Part shown: positions 38,119 through 50,039 of the stretch, one piece after another
Layout of the letters: every line of letters begins with the position of its first letter
Position numbering within the stretch: the stretch's first letter is position 1
Source: Leucoraja erinacea
Lineage: Eukaryota
Assembly: GCF_028641065.1 (NCBI RefSeq)
Contig: NW_026576105.1
Coordinates: forward strand, 124,001 to 188,000
Length of the DNA stretch: 64,000 nucleotides
Direction of reading: 5' to 3'
The notes under the pieces: generated by a model
Told to the model about the DNA's origin: nothing
The model's input: only the letters and a program-made list of their open reading frames with translations
The model's database searches: none
Translations under genes and position numbers: made by a program

Positions 38119-41100
38119 GAGTATTTGAGAGTGTGTATGTGTGTGTGTAGGTGTGTCTTGAGCATGTAAGTAAGTGTTGACGTCGTGGTCTGAGGGTAGC
38201 AGAAGCGTGCGTGAGCTGCGCGCGCTGTAGGATCGAGTGGAAAGAGGTGATGTGTGATGGGTGATGTGTGTGAGTGTGGTGTGTGTGTTGTGTGTGTGTG
38301 GTGAGTGTGAGGTGTGGTCGGCGTATGTGTGTGGTTGTGGTGTGCCCCCCCCCGTTTCCCTGCCCCTTGTGCTGCTATAGACGTGTTGTTATAAATAGAC
38401 CATATAACCTGTACTCTTGCGCCCCGACGTAAAACGTGTCTACTGGTATTCTATCACCTATTACACAGAGAATCGGATATTAGTCAGCCATTTCTTACTT
38501 TATTCTACAACACCCAATTAAACACGAACTATAAAATACCCACATGAATTCCCACTACGTCCACTCAATACTATAATACATGAAGTTAATCAATATTCTA
38601 TAAAGATTAATAGTCGCATAACCGCCACACACACGCTCACCCCCTGACGCGACTGGTGGCGCCAGGAGGTCCCTGTTGATGATTATACTTTTGTCCGGCG
38701 TGGGTACGTGCTGAACGTACGTACCTCAGCAGATACTTTTACCGCAACGCCACCGTCACAGCCGTTGCCATATTGACGAGGTTATGTTATAATCTTTTCG
38801 CTGCGAATTTTGTGCAGTTTCTCTGTCTGCTCGTGTCTGTGAGAGACGAGTTTCGGTCCGCCTGTGCTTCACAATTATTACCTTGTCACACAATGGTGCT
38901 GCTCCCATATCACTCTAAATCTTATCTATCCATTTCTTCTTTTTACGCACTCTACCCCTGACTTTCATGCTCTTCTGCGCCATCCCCCTTTAACCTTCCA
39001 CCTGTTTTCCCTATTGCACCTGTGCCCCCGGTGTTTTTTCGATAATTATTTTACATTTGAGGCCCCTCGATTCTTGATCTTTGCCCGGCAGCAGATTATC
39101 CTAATTCTGACTCTTTCGGCCAACGGACTGTCTCGCTTCTTTTATTTCCCTGTCCAATGCAATTCTATACACCATCTCTTCCGATTGTGTATGTAGACGG
39201 TTGTATAGTCCCCGTGTCCATTTCACGAACTCCTAACACCAGATGTTCTGGAACAATTCGGGACCCACACCTACAGGCCTGTTTCGCCACCGACCAATTA
39301 ACATATATTGCGTTTTTTAACTCTACTAATTGCCCATTGTCTTCTCTGCTTTTTTTGCCGTGCATCATCTTTGTTACAAGCGGACGACGGACCCTTCTAT
39401 AATGATGCCTGAGTTCGACACACATATTAAAGGGATATTTCAAACATGTTTCAACTTAAATCTAACTTACAGCTGGGTTGTCCAAGGCCATTACAATTCT
39501 TCCACAGGAAATTACTCAATACCAACTAGCATAGGCAAGCACCTTGATAATATCAAGCATAATATCTAGGCGGAGTCAGCACTAACAAGTCTAATATCAA
39601 TGGCTAGTAGGACAATAACCCCATCTACATTTCGCCTTTATTAGATATTACCTCAAATTAGATCGCACCCAGTGGCCTAAGCAAAGCGGGGGACTCATTA
39701 ATAAAACACATCGGTTGTACTTCAACTTTTTTCCACACATCGACGCACATTATGATAGTATATCTGTGTTCCTTCACGTCGTCTGTGGGTGCCCCCACCT
39801 CTTAACGTGGCATGACTCTTCACTTTCCCTTCTAATCCGCCATTAAATTCATAGCGCCATGCCATCTGCTCACTACCCAAACCTGTTACAAGTAACCCTG
39901 AATTGCCTCAGCACCGTCCATACTCAACCTCACATAGTACCATACCCCTGTACCATCCATCCTCTTACGACGCCCATCTTGTCATATGCTCAACGTGTGA
40001 ATGCGAACTGTTTGAACGCCCCACTTCATCACAATCTTCACTCTGTGTATGTGTTGTAACACTATCCGTTTGCACGGGTCCTTCCCAGCACCGAGCCCCT
40101 TCGCGCATCTCCACTAGTCACCATGCCACTCTCAATTTTGGAAGGGTACCCCCGTTAATCCTACTCCTCGTGTTGCACCCGGCTCTGCCGACTCCAATCT
40201 CTGATCCCATTTTGTTAACCAAACTTTGTACCACCCCCATATACCCCATGTCCTCGTCTTTTCTCTCACTCCGGGCTCCCCACTAATCATGTCGGTACGC
40301 AGCATGCCGAATCTGCTTTCCCCGCTGTCTTCACCCTTTTTGTCACAGCCACCCCCCATCACTAATTTTAGTCTTCATTCTTCTCCTCCGCCGAAGCATA
40401 GCTCTCTCTCTTGCACACGATCCCTCGTGGCGTCGGTGATAAGGCGTACTGCCTAGAGCTCTGCCCAGCAGGTCGAGTATGTCCTTAGCTACATTCCGTA
40501 TGTTGTGTAGCCCCTATGTTGTGTAATGATGTGTGCTAGGCTTCGACCCTTATGTTCACTTTCGGTCTAATCAGACGTGTGGGCGCATGTCCCGGCCCGA
40601 GCACGAGCGATTCCCACAGACTTGATAGTGGGTATTGACACTTCGACGCGATTTAGCTATAGCATCTAGCGCAGTGTTAGGCTGTTTCGATCATCACTAC
40701 GACATTCCACATTCACATGAAGTATGAAGACCCTGTTAGCCACTGCGCATATATCTAGTCCCGTGCTACACCTTTGATATACCGCACATCACCCTTGTCA
40801 CTATTTTTGAGACAATACGTGCAGTGACCTTACACCCCGTACTGCCACTAGCAGCTGTTGAAGTTGCATTACCTCTCTTGGATAGTCTAGCAATTGCTTA
40901 CCATCATGTCTTTCGCAGAGCCTCTAGGGTCACTTACTATTTCTCCAAAATGTTCTCCGTTAGGTTCTAGAGCGCGCCGCGTCGAGGCGACAGATCTGGG
41001 GGGATAAGCTTACTTTGAGCTGCGTGGTTTCCGCCGATGTTATGTTAGCCTGTCAGCGGAGTGCAGGCACCCTTGACTGTGTTTTAATCACATGTGTGCT

Positions 41101-44100
41101 GTTGCCCATGGTTCCCTCGCTCTGTACCCCAGGTACAGTGCTTGTGTTGCCACATCTACGACACTAATCGGGGCGCCTTGATGCTTGTATCTCGGTTGAC
41201 TATGCTTGGTCATGTCTCTAATGATAGTTCTTTATTGTAATACGAAGACCCGACCGCCACCGTCCACCGATCGGTTGACCATGCCCTTGTGTGGCCCTTT
41301 GAAACACAATCTTAACGACCGCGTACCGAATTCTTCCAGTGAAGCACGGTAGGGTTCCCGGAGTACTCGTTCCCCGATTGCTCGTGGCGTCCTGTGCGAT
41401 TTCTTGTACCAGCTCCTGAAACAATACATTGGATGTGGTAGTCATATAGCGACGCTCTCTGTTCAAGCACAGATCGCTAGGGCCTCTGTAGCAACATTCC
41501 CCGTTTGCTCTCTTTTCAGCCACGTCAATTGATTATCTGCTATCGGATGTTGATGCACCATGTATGGGTGTGCCTGCTGTGCAATATAAGAGACACCCCT
41601 ACTTCACCCAGTCCACCAAATTGTTTTTATTATCGTGCACTCACCCCCCCCCCCCCCCCTCCTTTGGACACATCGCTTCATGCCTCGGCATTTGCTCGTG
41701 TCATGTCCTATGCCGCGAATATTGGCATCTACATCCTCACTAATTGTACAAAATCGTATGTTGTCAAGAAACGTACATTGGACCCAGATAGCATTTTTAC
41801 GGGCAAGAATATAGTACTGAGAAGTGAAATGGAATGAAAAGCAGGGCACCCCGGCAGGGTACGCCTCTCTCCAATTGTTATCAAGAGCCCGGAGCCCTTT
41901 CGCGTGGTCGAACCACCACCCCCTTCCGTTTCTTTTATCGCTTGCTCTCCTCTTTGCCTTCCTCCCCCCTTCCAGTTTCGTGTCCCCCTTTCAGCCCGCT
42001 TTCTCCCGCTCTCTTCTCTTCTCTCCTCGCTTCCCGTGCTCGCTTTCCGGCTAGGACAATTCGATTCACTGCGGAAGAGCGCCCACAGTAGCACTATTCT
42101 GCACCACAGGGCAATTCCAAGTACGGGGGCAGCCTGAACAAATGGCGGCTCCTAGCCGAGTGGTTTCCCCCTTGTCCTGCTGGAGGAACTGGGATGTCCG
42201 CTGATGGGATCATCGAAGCGCTCATTGGCATTAAGGCATATTAATTGTTTCACTTGTACCGTCCTGGACACCCACGAGCCATAGTCCTATCCCCCACGCA
42301 CACCCCCCCCGCTTTTCTTCCTCCCCTTCCTTCGACCTTGCTCCCACGACGCGTTTGTACTTCCGCTTTCAGCTCCTTTGAATCTCCCCCGCGTCTTTCC
42401 TTTCCTTCTTTTGTTGTTCCCTTTTACTCCCATATTGTCTTTTTTTCCCCTTTTTTTTTTCTTTCCCTTCTCCTCCCCCCCCCCTTATTCCCCTTTTTTC
42501 TTTCTTTCTCCCATTGTATTTTCCCCCCGCTCCCGACCCCTTTGATCTTTTCCTCCACCCTTGACTTTTCAGTCTTTTCCCCCTCTTCTCCCCTTCCTCC
42601 TCCCTTTGTGTGTTTTTTTGTCCCTCCCCCCTTTCTGTTTTTCTTTTTCTATCTCCTTTCTGCTTTTCTAGACCTCTTCTCTTCCTCTTCTATCCCCCCT
42701 TCTCTCCTTCCTCCCTCTATTTTTATCCCTCCTTTTTTTTCCTCGTTCCCTTTCCTCCTTGTTTTTTCCCTTCGCCCCTTCCTCCTCCAGAGACTCTCCT
42801 CTCTTGAACATTCTGCTCCTTTGTTTGCATCCCGTAATAACTTTTCATTCTCTCTTTTCTCCTTTTCCCCCCCCCCCACTTTTTATTTCTTCTTTTTTGC
42901 GTGTTCTGACGCAGCGGCGAGTTAGCTGTATACACACGGGTTATTATCCTGTTCGTTTTCTGTACTAATAGCTGTTGCACGGAGCGTTTGTACTTTCCGT
43001 GACCTGTGTGGTTTTCTCTGGGACTCTTTTTTGCCACACCCTATATGTCTCTATTTTCTGTCATGCCTGGCCATGTATTGTAACGGTCCCTAATATGTGT
43101 GGATGTTGCCCCCTGCTGGACGAAGGGTGTATCTTCATATGGGTTTAAGGTATCTCTAAACGACTTTGTATCTCTAACCCTCCACTAAAAAATAACTCTC
43201 AACTCACTAACTGACAAGATTCATACTAACCACTCGCACCTACTAACCATATAACCCTATCCGCAGCCTGAGCCACGCTAGCCCTTCCTTTACCGTCCCA
43301 TTTTCCCTATTTTACTCCCCCAACATTTCCCCTTGTCCCATCTGATTGCCCACTCGTACAATAATACCTCTCCATTCCTTACTATCATATGCTCTGCAGC
43401 CAATATTTTAGATGATACCAATGACCTGCCTCCACCACCTCCCTGGTAAGCATCATTCTCCTGACCGTATTCCACTCTCTGCTGTAAAGACTAGTTCCCT
43501 GTCAATTATCCCTAAGACTTCTGTCCCTTAATATTGAAGTAAGGACCCTTAGTAGAAGTCATCTTCGCCTATTAATCAAAGGGAAAACGACTTTTTCCTC
43601 CCACGCCTCAGTTCCTTCTCCTTCTCATTTTATTACCTCCCTCTAGATCAATTCCTCTCTCCCTTCCTCCGCCTTAACCCTTCCCTCTTCCTCCGGCTAT
43701 ACCCCCGTGCCCTTCCCTGGCCCCTTTTTACCTCTTCCTTCCTCTGGCCATTTCCATGTCATAGTGGCATCCATTTTCTTCTACGTACGTTACCCCCCCC
43801 CTCTCGTACCCCGCCTCCTCGTGTTTCGAACATTGTTTTCTATCTCCCTGCCTTTTTTTGGTATGTAGTACGATATTTCCGAGTCTTTTCTCAGAAATCC
43901 CATTGAACGACTTCCATCGATAGGCACTTTCCTGCAGCGTAGTTGCGGTCTGTAAAGGCCATTTTTTTTTTTTTTTTTTTTTGTCGTCCCTTGCTATGCT
44001 CGCCCTGAGTGTGGCCCTTCCATGTGCATTTAGGTACACCCATCTCAGCCTGGACCATACAAGTCACTGTTGCACGCTGTCTATCATTGACACGCAGATA

Positions 44101-44370
44101 CGGCGAGTGCGAAGATGACAACACTTGCTTATAGAGCCAATCCGACCATGCCTTATAATCCACACTTGCCTTTCATCCGCACACAGCTGAAGGAAATGAC
44201 CCGATGTAAGTCGTTTCAATGGGGATTTCTGAGAAAAGACATCTGAAATTCGTTACCATACCGAATTTATAATCGGCAATTTCACCGATTTGATTTGTGA
44301 TCATACTGATACTCTCGAATGCGCCGACAGACAGCGTCAGTTCCTATGATCGAGGGAGAACCATGTTACA
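38119..44370. other. Probable low-quality or unpolished sequence after the gap
   Basis: Degenerate (GT)n start, long pyrimidine tract 42300-42900, no recognisable repeats or genes; grades with indels into a CR1 at about 44370. Confidence 0.6.
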
Positions 44371-44820
44371 GAGTTACAGAGATAGGTTGAATAATAGGTC
44401 TTTATTCTCTGGAGCGCAGAAGGTTAAGGGAGGACTTGATAGAGGTCTTTAAAATGATGAGAGGGATAGACAGAGTTGATGTGGACAAGCTTTTCCCTTT
44501 GAGAATAGGGAAGATTCAAACAAGAGGTCATGACTTCAGAATTAAGGGACAGAAGTTTAGGGATAATATGAGGGGGAACTTCTTTACTCAGAGAGTGGTA
44601 GCGGTGTGGAATGAGCTTCCAGTGGAAGTGGTGGAGGCAGGTTCATTGGTATCATTTAAAAATAAATTGGACAGGCATATGGATGAGAAGGGAATGGAGG
44701 GTTATGGTATGAGTGCAAGCAGGTGGGACTAAGGGGGGAAAAGTTGTTCGGCACGGACTTGTAGGGCCGAGATGGCCTGTTTCCGTGCTGTAATTGTTAT
44801 ATGGTTATATGGTTATATGT
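44370..44820 (+). mobile_element. Young CR1 3' end
   Basis: ORF IEVFKMMRGIDRVDVDKLFP...WNELP; (atatggtt)n tail. Confidence 0.9.
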
Positions 44821-45644
44821 TTAGTTTTTAATTTAGTTTAGTTTAGTTTAGTGTAGTTTAGTTTAGAGATACAGCGTTTAGAGATACTTTAACTTGAAGA
44901 TACAGGCCCTTCGATCCAGCAGGGGGCAGATATCCACACATATTAGGGACAACTTTACAATCATGCCAAGGCAATTAACCTACAAATCTATACATCTTTA
45001 GGGTGTGGGAGGAAACTATAGCTCCCAGAGAAAACACACACAGGTCACGGAGAACGTACAAACGTCGTGCAACAGCTTGTACATGGCCAGGATAGAACCC
45101 GGGTGTATAGCAGCAACTCAGCCGCTGCGCAGGCACGCGCCCAACGACTGTCAATCACAGTTTTTGTGTGGTCACAATTGATCGTATCTTCCAAATTTAT
45201 TCGTGGAGCACACAGTACAATATCCCTCTATAGATATCATTTCAGTGCTTCAGGCAGACGGGATTTTTAAATACAGGAGGCCGTGCTTTTCAATAAATAA
45301 ATTGAATAAATATCACCAAGCGATACCAGGTCGATGCGAAGGGAATTATGAGACGGTTAGATTTTTCAAAAAATCTGAATATCTCTGTGTTGATCAACAG
45401 ACTAAACTGTTCTGAATTATTCACATCCGAAAACAACCCGACTTTCCCGATTGTTTGTTGCAGTTTACCTCCAGACGAATAAGGGCACAATAGCGCAGCG
45501 GTAGAGCTGCTGCCTTGGAGCTCCAGGTTCGATCCTGACCACGGGTACCGTCTGCACGGGGTTTGTACCATATCCCTGTGATTGCGTGGGTTTTCACCGG
45601 GTGCTCTGCTTACCTCCCACACACAAGGTAGAGGGTTGTAGATT

Positions 45645-45832
45645 GTTTAAGAAGGAACTGCAGATGCTGGAAAATCAAAGGTACACAAAAATGCAGGAGA
45701 AACTTAGCGGATGCAGCAGCATCTATGGAGCGAAGGAAATAGGCCACGTTTCGGCCCGTAACGTTGCCTATTTCCTTCGCTCCATAGATGCTGCTGCACC
45801 CGCTGAGTTTTTCCGACATTTTTGTGTACCAC
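45645..45832. mobile_element. Palindromic Penelope terminal-repeat insertion with 13-bp TSD inside a SINE
   Basis: Arms of about 70 bp (45680-45751 / 45760-45830); AGGGTTGTAGATT at 45632-45644 and 45833-45845; host SINE starts at about 45485. Confidence 0.8.
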
Positions 45833-46239
45833 AGGGTTGTAGATTAATTGGCTTCGCTAAACATTTTAAATTGGTGTGGTATGGTATTTACTTGTCACGT
45901 GTGCCGAGGTACAGTGAAATCCATTTTAATATGCCGTTCAATGCACATGAGCGCTTAGATACATATCAGAGAACCATCTCAGATGCAGGCCAAGTGTGAA
46001 CCAGTCGTATAAGGAGCGCCATTGTTCAGTCCCAGTAGTTGGAATTGTCCCTGGTGTGCAGAATAGTGCTACTGTGTGGGATGATCCGCGGGTAATCGGT
46101 GTTCGTAAGGATCCATTTCCGCGTAGTATCTCTAAGGTCTAAAATCTAATGTCTAAAGCTATCTTTTATTGAGGCAGCCCTTTCTGTTTTATGACTAAGT
46201 GCGCCCTCTAGCGATCGATTATGACAAAGACCGAAGGTG

Positions 46240-46278
46240 GGATTTTGTTCGAGCCCGCGGCACATTTGCACCAGTGTG
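46240..46278 (-). promoter_or_regulatory. V-RSS of V4 (23-bp spacer)
   Basis: Minus strand CACACTG - 23 nt - ACAAAATCC. Confidence 0.85.
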
Positions 46279-46755
46279 TATCGCATAGCACATATGTACA
46301 GAGCGGAATCGGAGAACAAGCCGTCACGTATCACGAACTCGCCCGTCTTTGTAGTTGTATTGAATGTAGCAGAGTATCGATCTGTGATGCCCTTCGCCCT
46401 GTATACGTTATATCCTATAACCTGAATCAGGTACTGCGGAGAATGTTCAAGGCACTGCTTGTACCAGTAAACAAATGGGAGGGAATCGCTGGTTTTCAGC
46501 AGGCACTTGAGTGTTACATCCGTTCCCTCTGCAAACGTGGTTTCTGCTTCGGTCTGTTCCACCGCATTTTGATGGCTCCAGTCTAAGAGAAAATAGAAAT
46601 TGTCAGAATCACCATGATTGAAGCGGCATCAGCATTATCTTTACAGCGGCAGAAATCAGGCGACAACATTCGTGGGAAGTCAGGATTTTTACTGGGTGAA
46701 AATCCTTACTGAGAAGAGACACGAGAACAAAGATCGGGAGGCGATGTTCACACAT
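46279..46755 (-). CDS. V4: TCR alpha/delta-type V segment (leader 46755-46710, V exon 46582-46279)
   Basis: Leader MCEHRLPIFVLVSLL-A|gtaagg, 127-nt intron, acceptor ctcttag; NAVEQTE...VTLKCLL...VYWYKQ...FSDSALYICAMR. Confidence 0.9.
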
Positions 46756-48254
46756 AATGGGCACGATTCTGTAAGTAAACAATCTGTGAAACGCACGGTC
46801 GGACCAAATATGCTAACTGTAGAACCAGCTAACTCAACCAGCTCCGACCGGCTGCAGCCGGCTCGCAAAGATGAATGGAAGCAATGCTGCCAATACGAAT
46901 GAATCAAACGCGAAGTGGGCGGGGCGGTCACAACATGAAACGGATTGGAGAAGGGCCACGCTACTCAGCTGCGTGGGCCTATGACTCGTAATAATGACAT
47001 GGCCATTGAGTTGTGTCGGAAAAAAACTGCAGATGCTAGTTTAAATCGAAGGTAGACACAAAATGGAATAGCTCAGCGGGACAGGCAGCATCTCTGGAGA
47101 GAAGGAATGAGATTTGCTGTCTCGCAACACGAGAGACCCATGTTCCAGCCTGATATCAGGCGCTGGCTGTGTGGAGTTTGTACATTATACCTGTAACCAC
47201 GTGGGTTTCCTTCGGGTTCTCCGGTTTCTTCCCACATCCCAAAGACGTACCGGTTTGTAGGTTAATTGGCATCTGTAAATTGCTCAATGTGCGCTGGAGT
47301 GGACACCAAAGTAGAGGGGCATGGAACCAGTGTGAACGTGCGTTCGGGGATCGGCATGGACTCGGTGGACCGAAGTGCCCGTTTCCTTGCTGTATCTTCC
47401 AATCAATCAATCGCACTGAATCCTCAGTCTGATTCGATAATTTATAGACATACGCTTAATGATACCGAAGAGCGAACGTGGCAATATCAATTGATGATAT
47501 ATAAGTTATTGTTAACTGGTACGCGGAGCGTTGTCGTAAATGGTAATGATCAGCAATAAAATGTGCGTTGATTAGGGCTAAGATCAGGTGAATAGATAAG
47601 GGATATTGTTCAACAGTCACTCAAACAGGATCTATTATAACGCGTAAATGGCATTTTTTTAAACATTCGGGGTGAGAATACGTCCGTTATACGATGCTGC
47701 AAGTCACGACAATGCCTAACTTTGTATAATAGCTCACAATCAGGGCGTGCGAAGAACTCAGCGGGCCACAAAACAAGCGCGGAAGCAAAACATGTATTGC
47801 GGTAGAGTTATTGAGTCACAGAATGAAACAGCGAGGAAATAGGCCCTTCGGGCCTTCTTGCCCACAAAGACCAGCATGTCCCAACATGTCCCAGCTACAC
47901 GAGTACCACCTGCCCGCATTTGGTTTATATCCCAATCCAAATCTGTCCTGTCCGTATACCAGTCTAACTGTTTCTTAAACATTCGCATTGTCCCAACCTC
48001 AACTACCTCCTGTGACAATGGAACAGGTTCAATGATCTGTGTAGTAGAACAGAAAAAGGCAAATTCGTCCGTTAAGTTATACATCAGTTTTATTCGCAAG
48101 AGAGAGAACAAAAACCGTCTTACAGCACAGCAGCGCACCTCTCTCTCTATCTGCTTCCGTCTGCGGCGCTGATTGCAACCCAGCCCGTCGGTGAACCCTT
48201 TTCGTCAAGAACTACCTTATAGCTTACCGGCGCCTGACTTTATACAGGCCGAGA

Positions 48255-48480
48255 TCATAGACACATAGAAGATACAAAATAGGTGCAGGAGTAGGCCATT
48301 CGGCCCTTCGAGCCTGCACCGCCATTCAGTATGATCATGGCTGATCATCCAACTCAGTATCCTGTACCTGCCTTCTCTCCATACCCCCTGATCCCTTTAG
48401 CCACAAGGGCCACATCTAACCCTCTCTTAAATATATACAATGAACTGGCTTCAACTACCTTCTGTGGCAGAGAATTCCAG
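48255..48480 (-). mobile_element. CR1/HER1 3' end
   Basis: Same conserved 3' end as the other copies. Confidence 0.8.
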
Positions 48481-48612
48481 AGCGAACCAGACGTTGACAT
48501 AACCGCCGGTAGGTCCTGGCCGATAGCGCTGCTCTAAAATTTAAATTACAACCAATGACAGGGGACTACATCCGAGCAAGCTCCCCCTTTGGAAACAAAT
48601 CGCTATCAGCCG

Positions 48613-48740
48613 CAGACTTGGCGCGCCAAGGTAATACACACTGCCCCACAGACTTGGCGCGCCAAGGTAATACAAACTGCGCTACAGACTTGGCGTGCAA
48701 CGTTTTAAACAGAGCGCTGTCAGCTTAGCGCGCGAGTCTT
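48613..48740. repeat. 36-bp tandem repeat (about 3.5 units) with palindromic core
   Basis: Units start at 48613, 48649, 48685, 48721; CTTGGCGCGCCAAG in the first two. Confidence 0.85.
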
Positions 48741-49479
48741 TAAACAAAACTCTGTTCCTAGATTCACCTAATCTGGGAAAGAGACTCTATGCATCTACCC
48801 GATCTATTCGTCTCATGGTTTGATACACCTCGAAAAGATCACCCTCGTCCTGCTGCACCCCAAGGAAATAGTTCCAGCCTACTCAACACGCCCCGATAAA
48901 TTCCGATTAAAGTGCAATGGTCTCCTACTAAGCAGGTGGGAGGTCATAACCGTAGTCGAGCTGACAGAATTGTTCAGTTGCCTAATAACAGCTGGGATGA
49001 ATCTGTCCCTGAATCTGGAGGTATGCGTTTTCAAACTGCTGTACTTCGTGCGTGATCAAATTGGGGAGAAAGGGGTGAGATTGGTCCTTGATTGTGTCCT
49101 TGGTCCTTGCCGGCGCATCCCGAAGTGTAGATGGGGTCAATGGAAGAGAGGCTGATTTAAATGATGGCCTGCTTGGTTAGAGCCGCTCGCAAACCAGGCT
49201 GCGATGCACCTCGATAAGATGCTTTCAGTGGCGCAGCCCTCTGGGTTATTTATAAATGTTTTCTTTCCACATAACATAATGCAAAATAACCAATCCCTGA
49301 AAATCCCTTTTCAGCCGCGTTCTGCCTAACCACTCCAACACGTTGTCAATCATTTTATTTTCCCTATGTCTATCCTTGGCAAAACCACACATCCGCCACT
49401 TTTCTGTAAGTCTATAAATTGTGTTTCCGTCCTCTGTCTAACAAAACCGGTCATTTCTGCATGGATCTCCGTATATCCG

Positions 49480-49612
49480 CAGTCTGAAGAAGGGTTTCGG
49501 CCCGAAACGTCACCTATTTCCTTCGCTCCATAGATGCTGCTGCACCCGCTGAGTTTCTCCAGAATTTGTGTGTACCTTCGATCTTCCAGCATCTGCGGTT
49601 CCTTCTTGAACA
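49480..49612 (+). mobile_element. Penelope terminal-repeat remnant with hammerhead-like core
   Basis: CTGAAGA-A-GGGT(TTCG)GCCC-GAAACGTC at 49484-49511. Confidence 0.7.
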
Positions 49613-50039
49613 CAACAACTATTATGTCTCTTTGCCAAAATGTCATACAACCCGGTTTCCAAATCTCAATTCCGAATCTCAATGTCTTCAGTTTTGCTCC
49701 TCATGAAATATATTTTGTCAATCTCCTTCGACGGTGTTCTATTTCGTAATCAGTTAAGAGACACGAACCTTAATCTCTTATCTCACAAGGGACAATAGTT
49801 CTACCTTGTCCGAAACGAGATTTCCATCACAAATGAGAGCCGTGTCACGTTTTTAATCATGCTGCTGGATTAAGTCACACGTGCGTGAAACGACTTAATT
49901 TGTTTGTTCAGAAAATGTCAATTAACAATTCTGATGATGCAAGTTACTTACAGCCGTTGAGATTGGTGCCTGGTATAAATAGAAGTACATCATATGTGTT
50001 TCAGTAGTTATTGGTTATCAGCACGTCTTTCCAAAGAAA

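Noticed and set aside
42245-42925. 226-aa F/P/S/L-rich ORF
   Set aside because: Product of a low-complexity pyrimidine tract in suspect sequence
48613-48740. CRISPR-like array
   Set aside because: Eukaryotic context and no unique spacers; it is a plain tandem repeat
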